From Callorhinchus milii (Eukaryota), in NCBI RefSeq assembly GCF_018977255.1, contig NW_024704743.1, forward strand, positions 72,480,001 to 72,544,000: DNA of 64,000 bases. The letters run 5' to 3'. Positions 49,900 through 61,939 of this stretch are shown piece by piece. The translations under genes were made by a program, and so were the position numbers. The notes beneath the pieces are model-generated. The model was not told where the DNA came from. It saw nothing but the letters and a program-made list of their open reading frames with translations, and searched no databases. Position 1 is the first letter of the stretch; every line of letters begins with the position of its first letter.

Positions 49900-50780
49900 A
49901 CCTCCTTAAAACCTGGTATAACAGAAGCACCATTGTGTACTTGTCAATAGAATTCAAGGTTCATTATATCCTCTATAAATCAGTGATAATCTTGACATAT
50001 AAATCAAATCAAAGGAAGCAATGTAGGCCAGAATTTCACCTAGTCTTAGCTTGTCAGATAACTTTGTCCAGAAATGTGTGAACTGTATGAAATTCTTAAA
50101 TTCAGTCTTAATTTTGAAAATAGTCTTTTTGCATGAAGCCGGCTTCAAATTTTCATTAATTATTTTCATCTAAACCATGCAGTAAAATTCAAGACAGAAT
50201 AAACTTTACTGAGAATTGTTTAATTTATCAGAGTAAGATATCTGAAACATATTGTTGCCTCATCGCTTTAAATGGATTAAAAGAGACTAGTTTTACAACA
50301 AGCCTATACTTGCCAACCTGTTCAGACCCATCTGGCATGGCTGGGTTAGCAGCCCAGGGTTGTTGATGACACAATATACATTTCCCTTAACAACTAGAAT
50401 TTCCTTTTTTTTGTGCATGTTCATTCATTTGAATCAACTGAATGATTTTGGAAGCCTTTTTGGGGCGATCACCTCTACAGGAACCCACTGTTTAAGCTAC
50501 AGCTTTGAGGTTTACTCACCAATGCTAGTCAATGAAGTGCAAGTCAATAGTTTTGATGCTGTTCATAAAGATATTTGGGGAGTGGTTTTAATGCAATGTG
50601 ATTTCAATGGAGCCTTGTTTTAAAGTAGGCGACTAAATGCTTGGAGGTTGTCAGAAGCTGGCTGAATGGTTTGATGATCTCATGGTCCTTTTTGTTCTGC
50701 TTGTTGACTCTGGAAAATATGCAACAACATCAACTTGAATTTACTCCATGCAGTCTTTTTCATGCAACTTGTATTTATAC
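49900..50780 (-). pseudogene. hAT transposase relic
   Basis: SQLLTTSKHLVAYFK (about 50.63 kb), FID*HW*VNL (TRW-like), FKIKTEFKNF, AYIASFDLIY (cf. A.FLDP.Y). Confidence 0.5.
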
Positions 50781-51044
50781 ACCCTTCAAGTGGGGTAGCA
50801 TCCCAGAGTGCTGGAAGGTAAAAGGTCATATCAAAGCACTTGACAAATGAGATGGACAACCAAGCAGGAAAATAAGAGATTTAAAGATGTTGACCAAAGG
50901 CACAGAAAGGGATTTGTTTTTAAGAAGTTTTTGAAGACAAGGAGAAAGAGGAAGTGAGGCAAGGTGGTTGGAAGAGGCTTAAGCAGAGGGCAAGCCCTAC
51001 CAACGATGGTGGAGTGAGGAGAGTGGGGATTTTAGTTGGTTAAA

Positions 51045-51250
51045 CCCCAGCAGTACCTCAACATACACTCTGCGGTCACCAAGCCTTGGCTCTTGCCAAT
51101 CTGCGCCTGATAATTTCCGGAGTTGGGTGAGCAGGGAGAATGTGCGTACCATTCCAACAATCTACCTCTGGAATTTTCATGTGTCGATGGGATGCATGGA
51201 ATTCTCGGTTTGGTTTAGATACTCCTAAGCATGGTGATGAGTTTACAGCT
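51045..51250 (+). repeat. Unclassified interspersed repeat
   Basis: Links the 42040, 23590 and 1310 copies. Confidence 0.65.
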
Positions 51251-51559
51251 GACCAAAAAAAAACAAGCAATAGACCTGAGTCAAATAAAAGAAAAATTAG
51301 AGAGTAAAACATTTAAAAAAAAACATAATTCACATATTTAAGAGAAAACATGATGTATATGTGGACTATTTCTGAACTGTATCACCACATATAACTCTAT
51401 ATATAAACATGCATGATTACTGCCCTCATTTCATAATATCAGGTAACCATATGCATTCGATCCATTTAGAATTGAACAGCTATTGTTTTTGATACTTTAT
51501 ACTTTTCTCTGCATTGCGATATATTGTTGCACCATAATCTGATAACCAGCTGTAGAAAA

Positions 51560-52170
51560 TAATTGAAAGGAACATTACTTTGCCCATTTAGTGAAAGAAT
51601 ACGGTACTCTCTCTTTTTTTTCTTCACATAAAGGTGACGACTCTTGTCAGAATGCAGATTCGCAAGCCGTAACATGAAACTTTGAAATATATCAATATAT
51701 AAAGAGAAATCAAGTATTCGTTACACATTGTTGACTCTCGCAAAATATTCGTTAATTTGCATGAAAGGTGGGATATGCAGCACATTTGACTAACTCTCTT
51801 TGCATCACATCTTCGAATGGACATATTGGAAATGGATGCAAATGCAACATTTACAAAACAAACTTCTATTTTGCAATTGAGATAACTCAATCTCCTGATG
51901 AATACAACAAGTATTGCAGGACTTACAGGATAAAAACTAAACACTCTAGAAAGGTAACTGTTCCACCCAGGAGGGTAAACAGCCAACCTGTTGAATAGGC
52001 TCCTATCTATGTACAAAATAGATATAGAAAACTAGGCACGGAGAGGAAAAATGAATTATAGAGTCAGAAGTGAAAATGAAACAAGCTCTCTGCTTTGACT
52101 AAAGAGTGACAGGTCATCCCAAAGCTCAGCAGTCAGTACTTTGTAGATCTGCAAATAGAACAAAGTGACA
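51560..52170 (-). pseudogene. Possible hAT relic (C-terminal half)
   Basis: VLTAELWDDL (about 52.12 kb) and HVTACESAF* (cf. T..CE..FS, about 51.66 kb). Confidence 0.35.
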
Positions 52171-53356
52171 TATAATATTTATCTGATCCAGTGTGGTGAG
52201 CAGACTGACTAGACAGCCAACCTACTGCACCAACTGTGCCCAGAGAAACTGCATAATGCGATGTGATGTTTCTGTACAGTACTTATAGCAAGAACTCTTT
52301 GCAGAGCCTCATTTAACAGGTGAATGACTACCTCCTGCTTGCTCTGTGTGTGAAATGCTGTGTTGCAGGGCCAGCTCCCAGTCAATTGTGACTGATCTTC
52401 AAAAAGTAGTTGGGGCAGGGAAAAGGGAGCTTTACTGAACTTAATGACAATCTAGGTGCTGTAGAATGGATACAGTATATCAGCTAAGATGGCAAAGAAT
52501 TTAAAGCTGGAATCCAATATGTGGAATTTCTTGACAGGATTCTGTAATGAAAAATGCCTTAATAAGACATCTTATTAGAATTATTTGTTGACTTGTGGAG
52601 ACTCCAGTCCACGAGCAGAATATGCTGCAGTGCAGTTTCCGTGGGTTGATGTGACATAGTTCTGGTTATTGGAAGAAGTCCGGGACTTGGGAAGATTCCT
52701 TTTCTTTATTATGGAATTTCCATCAAAAATTACTGCAAATTAAATCCTCATTAACTCTTCACACATGATCACAAGAGAGTTTCGGAATTTAAGAGAATGC
52801 TTTGAGCTATCTGATCTCATTATTCCAGGATACCCACCCTCCTATCTTCGCAGCATACCATTTGTCTGTTTCTTAAACGAGTCCAATGTCCTGACCTCCA
52901 CCCAACTTTCTGGTAACTTGTGGCAGCGGGGTGGCCCTCATCTCCAAAGCCTCCCTTGGTCTTACCCCCTACTCCTCTGGCTGTGTCCCCAGAAGCAATC
53001 TGAGATGCCATCTGGCATGAAGGGCGCTATATAAATCCAAGTTATTGTTGTTGTTCCAATTGTTAATTACTCTCTGGGTAAAGGAAGGGTCATCTGAGGC
53101 CAGGACTCACCTCAACTGGGGATTGAGCTCCCACAATAAAGGCTGTGGATCCAGTGGATTAGGGACAGCAGTGTGAGGTAGAGGCTCCAAGATGATTATG
53201 GGCAGGCTGGAGGTCAAGCGGATCTCCGGCACAGTTCAGTCCAATGGAATAATCCAGACTTCCCTGCAGAAAGGAAACCAGTGGATGATCCTTGGGGGGA
53301 AGCTGGAGGGTTACCAAAGGTGCTCACACTAGAAGGGGTATAAAAGGCATTCACAG

Positions 53357-54220
53357 AACAACAACAACAACAACAATAAAATTACATTTATAGAGCACCT
53401 TTCAAGTCGGGAGGACGTCCCAAAGCGCTGAACAGTCAGGTGTCGGGGCCCGAGCATGGGGGAGGGGTGGTGTAGGGGTGAAGGAAGGCAGAGAGGTGGG
53501 AGGGCGACCAAAGGCACAGTTGAAGAGAAGGAGACCGGCCTTGAAGGAGGCAAGGGAGGAAGCGAGGCGAAGGGACCGTGGGATGGCGCTCCAGAGTGTG
53601 GGGGCAGAGAGGCTGAAAGCCCGGTCACTGATGGTAAGGTGGGTCGGGCGGGAGACATGGAGCAGGCCAGAGCCCGCTGAACGGAGGGAGCGGGCAGGTT
53701 GGTAGGGTGTCAGCAGGTCAGAGAGGTAGGAGGGGGCAAGGCCATGGATGGCCTTAAAGGACAAGGAGCTTGAACTCGATCTGGGGGATGGGGAACCAGT
53801 GGAGTCGGGAGAGGGTGGGAGCGATGAGGTCACGAGCTGCAAAGTTTTGGATGATCTGCAGCTTGTGAAGGGAAGAGTTGGGAAGTCCGATGAGGAGGGA
53901 GTTTCCATAATCGAGCCTTGATGTGACGAATGCGGGGGAGAGAGTTTTGGCAGCCTGAGGGTGAGGCAGTGGCGGAGTCTGGCAATGTTGCGGAGGCGGT
54001 GGTAGGCAGTGCCGGTCATGGTGCGGATGTGGGGGAGAAAGGACAGTTTAGGGTCAAACAAGACACCCAGGTTCCTGACTGGCTTAGTGAGGTTGAGTGT
54101 GCAGCCGTGGAGGCTGATGCTGCCAGCGCCTGAGGTGCGGAGGGGCTGGCGCGAGCCAATCAGGAGGGCCTTGGTCTTGCTGACGTTGAGTTGGAGAAAG
54201 TTGGCCCTTGTCCAGGACTT
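53357..54220 (-). mobile_element. L2 LINE 3' fragment inserted into a minisatellite
   Basis: FKAIHGLAPSYLSDLL, AFSLSAPTLWSAIP; (aac)n tail. Confidence 0.94.
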
Positions 54221-54505
54221 GAGAGGGGGTATAAAAGGCGTTCACACTAGACGGTACAAAAGGCATTTGCACTGGAAGGGGTATAAAAGGCGTTCACACT
54301 AGAGGGGGTACAAAAGGCCTTCACACTAGAGGGGGTATAAAAAGCCTTCACAATAGACGGGGTACAAAAGACGTTCACGTTAGAGGCGGTACAAAAGGTC
54401 TTCACACTAGACGGAATACAAAAGCTGTTCACACTAGAGGGGGTACAAAAGGCATTCACATTAGGGGGATATAAAAGACGTTCACACTAGAGGAGTACAA
54501 AAGGA
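54221..54505. repeat. 27-bp minisatellite, about 10 units; 1-2 more units at 53305-53355
   Basis: Consensus close to ttcacactagagggggta(c/t)aaaaggcg. Confidence 0.93.
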
Positions 54506-56679
54506 GTGTATATAAGGAACACTCCCACCTGATAACTGGAAGTCTGGCTTGGGCTCCCACTCTGCCTTTGTAAAGCATATTGAGATTTATTTTCCTACAT
54601 TAAAGATGATATATAGACACAGGAGCAAGTAAGGAAGCTGACATATCTTGCTTTGATGCCCTCATCTGCAGTTTGTTGATTTGTTGATATTGATCCATTT
54701 AAAGTCGATATGTTCTGTTACCAATCATGGCTGATTCTATTGCACCTTCCCCCCCAACCATGTCCACCACAGTGTAATTTATTTTTGTATTTATCTTTGA
54801 GCTTCTGCGCTGTGTGGCTTATGCAATGTTTCATTGTTAGATATAATCTAGTTCAACTACTTTCTGTGACAGGAATCAAGGACATTATAGGTCACAGCCA
54901 AATGATAAGCGGATCAGGATTGACCTTCCTTTTACAAAGTAACTCATCTTTTCCAATGACATACTGGATTGTTTTAAGTGTTAATGATATTTAAATTTGG
55001 AAAGATTAGACTGCCATTGAATGACATTTCTTTTATTAAATACAATTGGCTGACGATGAGAATTTTTTTTACGCACAGAGAATTGTTAGCCACTACGTCC
55101 CAAATCTCTGGAACTCCCTGCCTCAATCCTTCTGTCTTGTCCCTCTTTGCCATCTTCAAATCACACCTGAAGCCTTTCCTCTTTGACCATACCATCAGTC
55201 ACTTCATTTCCCTTTCCAGCTTTCAGTTATACCACCCCACTATTAAGTGTTTTGAGATGCTACATGAGTGAAGGACGTTATAACAAATAAAGTTATTGTT
55301 GTGGTTAGATTAATAAATACCTTTTCACAAATAATGGTTAAAGTCAAGACCATAAAATAAAAGCATTTGAAAGTGAATTCGATAAATATTTGAGAAAAAA
55401 TAACATTCCACTCTCTGAAACTCTCTCCCTAAATCTCTCCCCCTCACTCCCCCTTCTTTGCATTCAAAATCCATCTAAAAACTTAGCTTTCTGACTGCAC
55501 TTGCATGCATTTTCCACCTACCGCTCCCAACAAACCCATATCTCCCACATTCCTTGAGCTCCCACTCAGCCTCTGGAAAGCACTTTCAGATTGTTTTTCC
55601 TAAGTGAAAGGTGTTATTAAAGAGTACAAGAAAAGATCATTGATGTGAGATTAGAACAGATAGCTTCAGTGGGGAGGTTGGAACAAAGGGTCTCCTTCTG
55701 CTCTGTATGTAAATTTTGCATAAATCTACTGGACAAAATTTGCAACATTTGATAAGCAATCCCTCATGAAGAATAACATTATTAAATACTGCAAATCTCT
55801 TACTTATTTATCACCCATTTATCATAAACTCACAAGGCAATCAGCAAAGGGCCAACTGTCACCCTTAATTCCCTCCATCAAGCTATATCATTTCTGCCTT
55901 CCTTCAAACTGATAACTGGGCAAAATATCACTGAGAGGAAACCAACTTTATTCAGATGGTTTCCAGATCTCTGGCATTGAAATAGCACTTTTAGGCTCCA
56001 AAACAGAGTTTTAAATCAGATTTTCTTTGTGACTACTGTAGGGTGGAGAGGGGCAGAAGAAAGATAATTTGCTAAAAATCTAACTGACAGAATAGAGCCT
56101 GAATGCATTAGAAATGTGAAATGTGAAATTAATAAACTGCAGAGAGAGAATAGGGAGGAGCAAAGAATGAAAAAAATAGACGACGGGGGTGGGGGCAGGT
56201 GGGGGAAATAAACATTCCCTTCAGCATTACATGTGGTGCCTTGCGTAAAGCACAACTAAAATTGAAAATCTCATTAGTGGCTGGCATTGCCAAAGGCAAT
56301 GTTCATAAACTCTCAACAGAAATTTTATCCAGATGCACATTTTTCTTCAGTGTTGTAGTATTTTATTGACAATAATAATCATTCTTGCATTTGATATAAT
56401 GCCTTAACATGGCATTCAGAGTTTCAAAGTGCTTCACAGTACAGTGGATTGACTGTATTTTGTGGGCGAAACAGTAGCAATGTCCACAAACAGCCATGGA
56501 GTGAGTGACTAATATTTCAATAATATGCTTGATTTTGAGTGGCTTCATTAGAGACAGGCTTACCGCTTCAAAACCACTGTAACCTTGGAGTCACCCCACT
56601 CACCTCAGCATAAAGATTTGGGGTGGGGGGGGGGCAATTTAGTCGTGAAGCTCATTTTATCAACCTTGAAAGGGTGTTA

Positions 56680-57512
56680 GGCTTTCTTCAGTTGAACGTC
56701 AACAAGACTGAGGCCCTCCTGATTGGCTCCTGTCAGACGATACCTCAGGCGCTGACAGCATTACCATCCTTACTAAGCCGGTCTGGAATCTTGGCATCTT
56801 GTTTGACCCTCAACTATCCTTTCTACCCCACATCTGTGCCATGACCTGCTCTGCCTTTCCCCACCTCAATAATATCGCCCGACTCCTCTGCCACTGTCTC
56901 ACACCGCAGGCCACCCTCATGCATGCACTTATAACATCCAGGCTTGACTATGCAAACTCATAGCTTGTTGGCCTCCCCAACTCCTCCCTCTATAGATTGC
57001 AGATCATCCAAAACTCTGCAGCCCGTGTCCTCTCCCGCACCAGGCTCCATGACCCTATCACCCCCATCCTTGCCCAACTCCACTGGCTTCCCATCACGCA
57101 GAGGATACAGTTCAAGATCCTGGTCCTCACCTTCAAAGCCCTCCATGATCTTGCTCCCTCCTACCTCTGTGACCTCCTAACCCCCTACCATCCTGCCCAC
57201 TCCCTACGCTCAGCTTCACGTCACCCACCTTGCTCACCCCACCATTAGTGGACAGACCTTCAGCCACTCTGCCCCCACACTCTAGAACTCCATCCCGGAG
57301 TCCCTCTGCCTCGCCCCCTCCCTTGCCACCTTCAAGACCCATCTCAAGACCCTCCTCTTCGACCTTGACTTCACTAACCCTGCTTTCCCCCCTGCCCTCC
57401 ATTTTCCCCAATCCCGACCCCCAGCTCGGGTCCGAAACTGACTGTCCAGCGCATTGGGAACATCCTCCCGATGTGAAATGTGGTATACAAATATAATTTT
57501 GTTGTTGTTGTT
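56680..57512 (+). mobile_element. L2 LINE 3' fragment
   Basis: FLQLNVNKTEALLIG, QIIQNSAARVL, LHWLPITQRIQFK; (ttg)n tail. Confidence 0.94.
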
Positions 57513-57829
57513 GTAGGCTGAAATTAATCACCAGAGTTCAAACACAAACAATTCTGATCCCAAATCCAGAGCTCATACCATCTGAGCTACCTGGGAGCAT
57601 GAGTTTTACAGGGTTGTGTCTGCCCTGTGGAAGGAGCAGTTTGATAGACGTATTCTGAAAAAGTTTCATGTTCTGAATATTATCATCCTCCATTATATTT
57701 GTCATGCTGCCGCAATGCTTGGTTGTCTTCAATGAACATTATATTACAGGAGTGAATAAGATGAACAGCAGAGAACTCTGCAAAATTGCTCTGCGATTTA
57801 AAAAGTCACTGCAATCCTTCCCATTCACT

Positions 57830-58100
57830 CCAACACACTCACATACTAATACTAACACTCTCACATACTAACACACTCACATTCTAATACACTCACATTC
57901 TCACTGTAATACTAACACTCACATACACACATACTCGTGCTCACACACTTATTTTTTTCACACACAACCGTATACACACTCACACAAATGCGCAAATGCA
58001 CATGCCCATGGGTTCAAACTTAACTCATACATACATACACATTTGCAAACACACACTCACAAACAAGCGTACAAATGCGCTCAAACACACTCATACATTC
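57830..58100. repeat. Degenerate (CA)-rich low-complexity tract
   Basis: acacactcacatact-type units. Confidence 0.85.
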
Positions 58101-58149
58101 ATACGAGCGGACATAGCTTTTTCTATTTATGATCAGATTATTGGAGATT

Positions 58150-58540
58150 GTGGAGTCCTGTAGCTCAGTGGTTAGAGCACTCGCCTTGCAAGAGAGACCT
58201 GAGTTCAATTCCAGGCAGAGCGAAACCTTGGGCAAGTTTCCTTACTCCACACGCCTAATAAAAATCCCGCCAAAACAAAGAACAATAATAAATTGGTCAT
58301 TTTCAATCCAATGTTTGTGGGACATTGCTGTGCGCAATTGGCTGCCGCGTTAGCCCACAAATATACAGTCAATTCACTTTACAGTGTGTTCTGTGAAGCG
58401 CTTTGGGACGTCTTCCCGACGTGAAAAGCGCTATATGAAATGCAAGGATTATTATTATTAGTATTATTCTGTGAAGCGCTTTGAGATGTCGAGAAGACGT
58501 GAAAAGGGCTATATCAAATGCAAGGATTATATTATTATTA
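58150..58540 (+). mobile_element. Young tRNA SINE followed directly by a second, older-type SINE tail
   Basis: Tail 1 gggacgtcttcccgacgtg; tail 2 gagatgtcgagaagacgtg. Confidence 0.9.
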
Positions 58541-59464
58541 TATATTATGCTCTGTATTGCTAAGTCAGTTTATAACGCAGTTAGTTAAATTACTGATTGT
58601 TATGGACATGTTTATCCTGGAATCATGTACTGTACTTTGTTACCATTTTCTTGCACAGTTGGCTAACAGCATAACAAGGTGCTTGGAGAGTTTCAAACCA
58701 TTTTCTCTCATTTTCATTTAGGTATTTCATTTAGAAGGATTGAATTTTGTGTAAACCCTCTAAGGAACTTTTGTGAGTATTTAGTTGATTAAATGCCGAG
58801 GCAAAGGTATACAAAGGAACAAATTCTGGCCAAACATTTGTAAAGTTAATGCCAGAATTCAGAGAGTAAATTACTGCAACCCCTACTAAAATCATAATGA
58901 AATTCCATAGGTCTTTTCTTACAGTGGTAAAACTTTCATGTTATCATCATAGAAACCTTAAATGGGTCTCGTTAATGGGTGAGTTGCAGACCAGCAGTAC
59001 TTTATTCTGTGAATTCCGCCATTGTAGATTGCTTTAAGATCACTATTGATTTATGACTGTCAAGTGTTGGCACAAACATTTTACAAGCTGCTGCAGAATG
59101 ACTGAACATGATGAATTGAATAGAAGGTACAATGGGGAACATGTTCCTTTAATTTAAACATTCTTTCTTTTCAGCTATTTCTGCTTTCAGGCATAAATTT
59201 ATTTGCCTTAGTTCACCTCCTACCAAATGTCCCCTTGCACAGAAATCATTGCACACAGATGCACCTCCCACACTATTGCAGTGGTATACCCTTGTGATAA
59301 AGTGTAATGAAAAAGTAGACATGGAGGAGGGCTAGAAAAATTGTATTTCTAGGTCTGATAAGAACATTTGTTAACTAGAGCATTTATTATTGCTCTAATT
59401 ATTCTATGAACAGCAATTTGGTTGTTAGTCCTTATTTATCCAGGAAGATTTTTTTCATCAGATT

Positions 59465-59840
59465 ATAATAATAATCCTTGCATTTGATATAACGCCTTAT
59501 CATGTCTTTGAGACATCTCAAAGCATTTCACAGAATATATACCCCCAGACTGCATATTTTTTGGGCAAAATGTGGCAGCGAATTGCAAACAGCAATGTCC
59601 CACAAACAGTCATGGATTGAGTGACCAACTTATTATCATTTATTCTTATTTTAAAATTATTTTGAAAGGATTATTACCCCCGGAAAAGCGATCCGTCAAT
59701 CAACTAACAATGGTATTCCTGCTTCCTGATAGGTAAACAGAGGCATGTGGAATAAGGAAACCTGCCTAAAGTTTGCCTTGCTGGGAATCAAATCCATGTC
59801 CTCTTGCTCAAGAGGCAAGTGTTCTAACCACTAAGCTACA
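59465..59840 (-). mobile_element. tRNA SINE, long form
   Basis: As 47690-48060, inverted. Confidence 0.88.
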
Positions 59841-59924
59841 TGAGATTTACAGCTTCCACAAGAAGCTATTTTTTAAAGAAAATTTGCTTTAGGACAAGAC
59901 CAGCTTGTCTGTTTTATAATACAA

Positions 59925-60232
59925 TTAAAAATCCTTACATTTGATTAGCACCTTATCATGTTGCCAAGAAGTCTCAAAGCGCTTCACAGGGAATTACTGT
60001 AAAGTGGGATGACTGTGCATTTTGTGGGTGAAACGCAGCAGCCAGTTGCTGTACGCAACAAACAGCAGTGTCCCACAAACAGCCATGGAGTGAATGACCA
60101 ATTTTTATTTAGGGGATTGTTGCCCATGACATCGGAGAAACTCTGTTCTCTTTTCAAATAGTGCCATGGGATCTTGAACATCTGCCAGAACAGGGAGAGG
60201 GGACTGCAGTTTAACGTTTCATCTGAAGGCCT
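59925..60232 (-). mobile_element. Older Deu-domain SINE fragment
   Basis: aatagtgccatgggatct...tttaacgtttcatctgaagg; tail. Confidence 0.82.
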
Positions 60233-60614
60233 ATTGCCATTTATCAGCATTCGTTACAGAAAACAACCCTCAACATTCAAAGATCTGCTGCACTTTAACT
60301 GTGTCATATTACCCTAATGGTCACATGATTGTTATAAGCCAACTTATCACATCCAATGCTAAAATGTTTATGGTCAGCAAATGTTTACATCTGTCTTTAT
60401 TTAATGGACCATTTTACTTTGCAGTGCTACAGAAAATGAGAGTATAATAGTTTCATAAGTATTATTTACTGTGAATGTGTCTACATTTGTGCAATAACTT
60501 TCAATTTGCCCTGGCCTTCCAAACAAGAAGAGATTTTTATACATACATTAAATTATATTTATGCATGCTACTGAACTACGTGCAGGTCATTTTCTATTTT
60601 TCTTTCTTGTGCCT

Positions 60615-60855
60615 TCAGCTCCCCTCTTGACTCTCTACCCCCTCCTCGCTCCCTCCCTTCCCTCCCCCTGATCATTTCCCCCCCTGCTCGGGTCCCGACC
60701 AAACTGTCCAGCGCCTTGCGACGTCCTCCCGATGTGAAAGGCGCTCTATAAATGAAATCTTGTTGTTGTTGTTGTTCTTGTGACTGTGTAATTGTAATAT
60801 ATCTTTGAGACGTCCTCCCGATGTGAAATGCATTATACAAATGTAAGTTGTTGTT
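60615..60855 (+). mobile_element. L2 3' end plus a second copy of the tail
   Basis: gacgtcctcccgatgtgaaa...(ttg)n twice. Confidence 0.85.
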
Positions 60856-61939
60856 GTTGATACTGGGAATAAATGTACTGCATTTTAACAGTTCAAAATA
60901 ATTTCTTTTGAAGATAAAACATTCAGTGAACATTTGTAAAGTGGAACTACAATACAGATTGCATGGAGTCAAAGTCATTATGGACCTTTGGCCATTATAC
61001 TGCAGGAAGAAGCAATGACATCTGCCAAGTATAATGTTACAGGATTTCTACACAATAGACCAGCATGTGATCCTGTACTTGTGAACTGATATTCAAGTGT
61101 AAAATGCAGGATCGAGTTCCCCTTTAACAATCAATCAAGCTATGCATTTGATCGACCTTTTGATGCAACAAAGTATGAATGTGGACTGAATATTTAATTA
61201 CAAAGGGAAACATAATACATTAGAATGCAACCCATAATAACTAAAGAAAACACTGCAGAGCTTTGGATTCCTCTGATGGATGTGGAAGTCTAAACCATCT
61301 CTTGTTTTTTATGTAGTAAATGATTGGAACGATTTTTGAATATGTAGACACGGTAACTAATAGGCTTAATTATTATTAATGCCAAAGAATCAGCTTGAAA
61401 TCTCCTGGGAAAGGGTTTGTCACAGGTATTGTTCCTGCAGATTGTTCCTTCTTCTCATCTTACTCACAGACATTATTTTCAATTATTCCCTTTATTCATC
61501 CAAATCATCCTCTGAAAGATGCTCCTCTAGTATGAAATATAGATCAGAAAGATTCATCCTGAACTTTCAAATTAGCCAGAGGTGTGCTGGCATGCTCTCT
61601 AGAGCCCTGGCCAACTGTTGTCCAGATGTTTTGCAACCTGTTACAAGCTGTCATCCTATACCACAATCTCAGTAGCAAGGAATCAGATATTTAAGTTGTA
61701 TAGATATTTGTGTTCATGGCTTTTTCGCTTGTTTGTTTGTGGGACATTGCGGTACACAAATTGGCTGATGCATTTGCCTACAAAATACACAGTCACAACA
61801 CTTTACAGTATATCCTGTGAAGCACTTTGACTCATGCTCCTGACGTGAAAGATGCTGGATTAGTATTATTAGTATCAAATGTTGATTAGTATTATTATAT
61901 TGCCACTTTACAAAGTATAGTAACAACAGGGAATAGATT

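Noticed and set aside
51624..52016. 130-aa minus-strand ORF
   Set aside because: No recognisable protein; hAT-like motifs fall in other frames, so it is probably a chance open frame
54221..54505. Regular short repeats resembling a CRISPR array
   Set aside because: Contiguous tandem units, no unique spacers, no cas genes, eukaryotic context
58722..58978. Two small phase-1 exon candidates (51 and 54 nt) with gtgagt donors
   Set aside because: Peptides are unrecognisable, and the adjacent sequence reads as a hAT relic (HFLAQLANSITRCLESF)
61380..61680. Minus-frame FRMNLSDLYFILEEHLSEDDLDE resembling a death-fold or Harbinger motif
   Set aside because: Short, surrounded by stops, and cannot be assigned by eye
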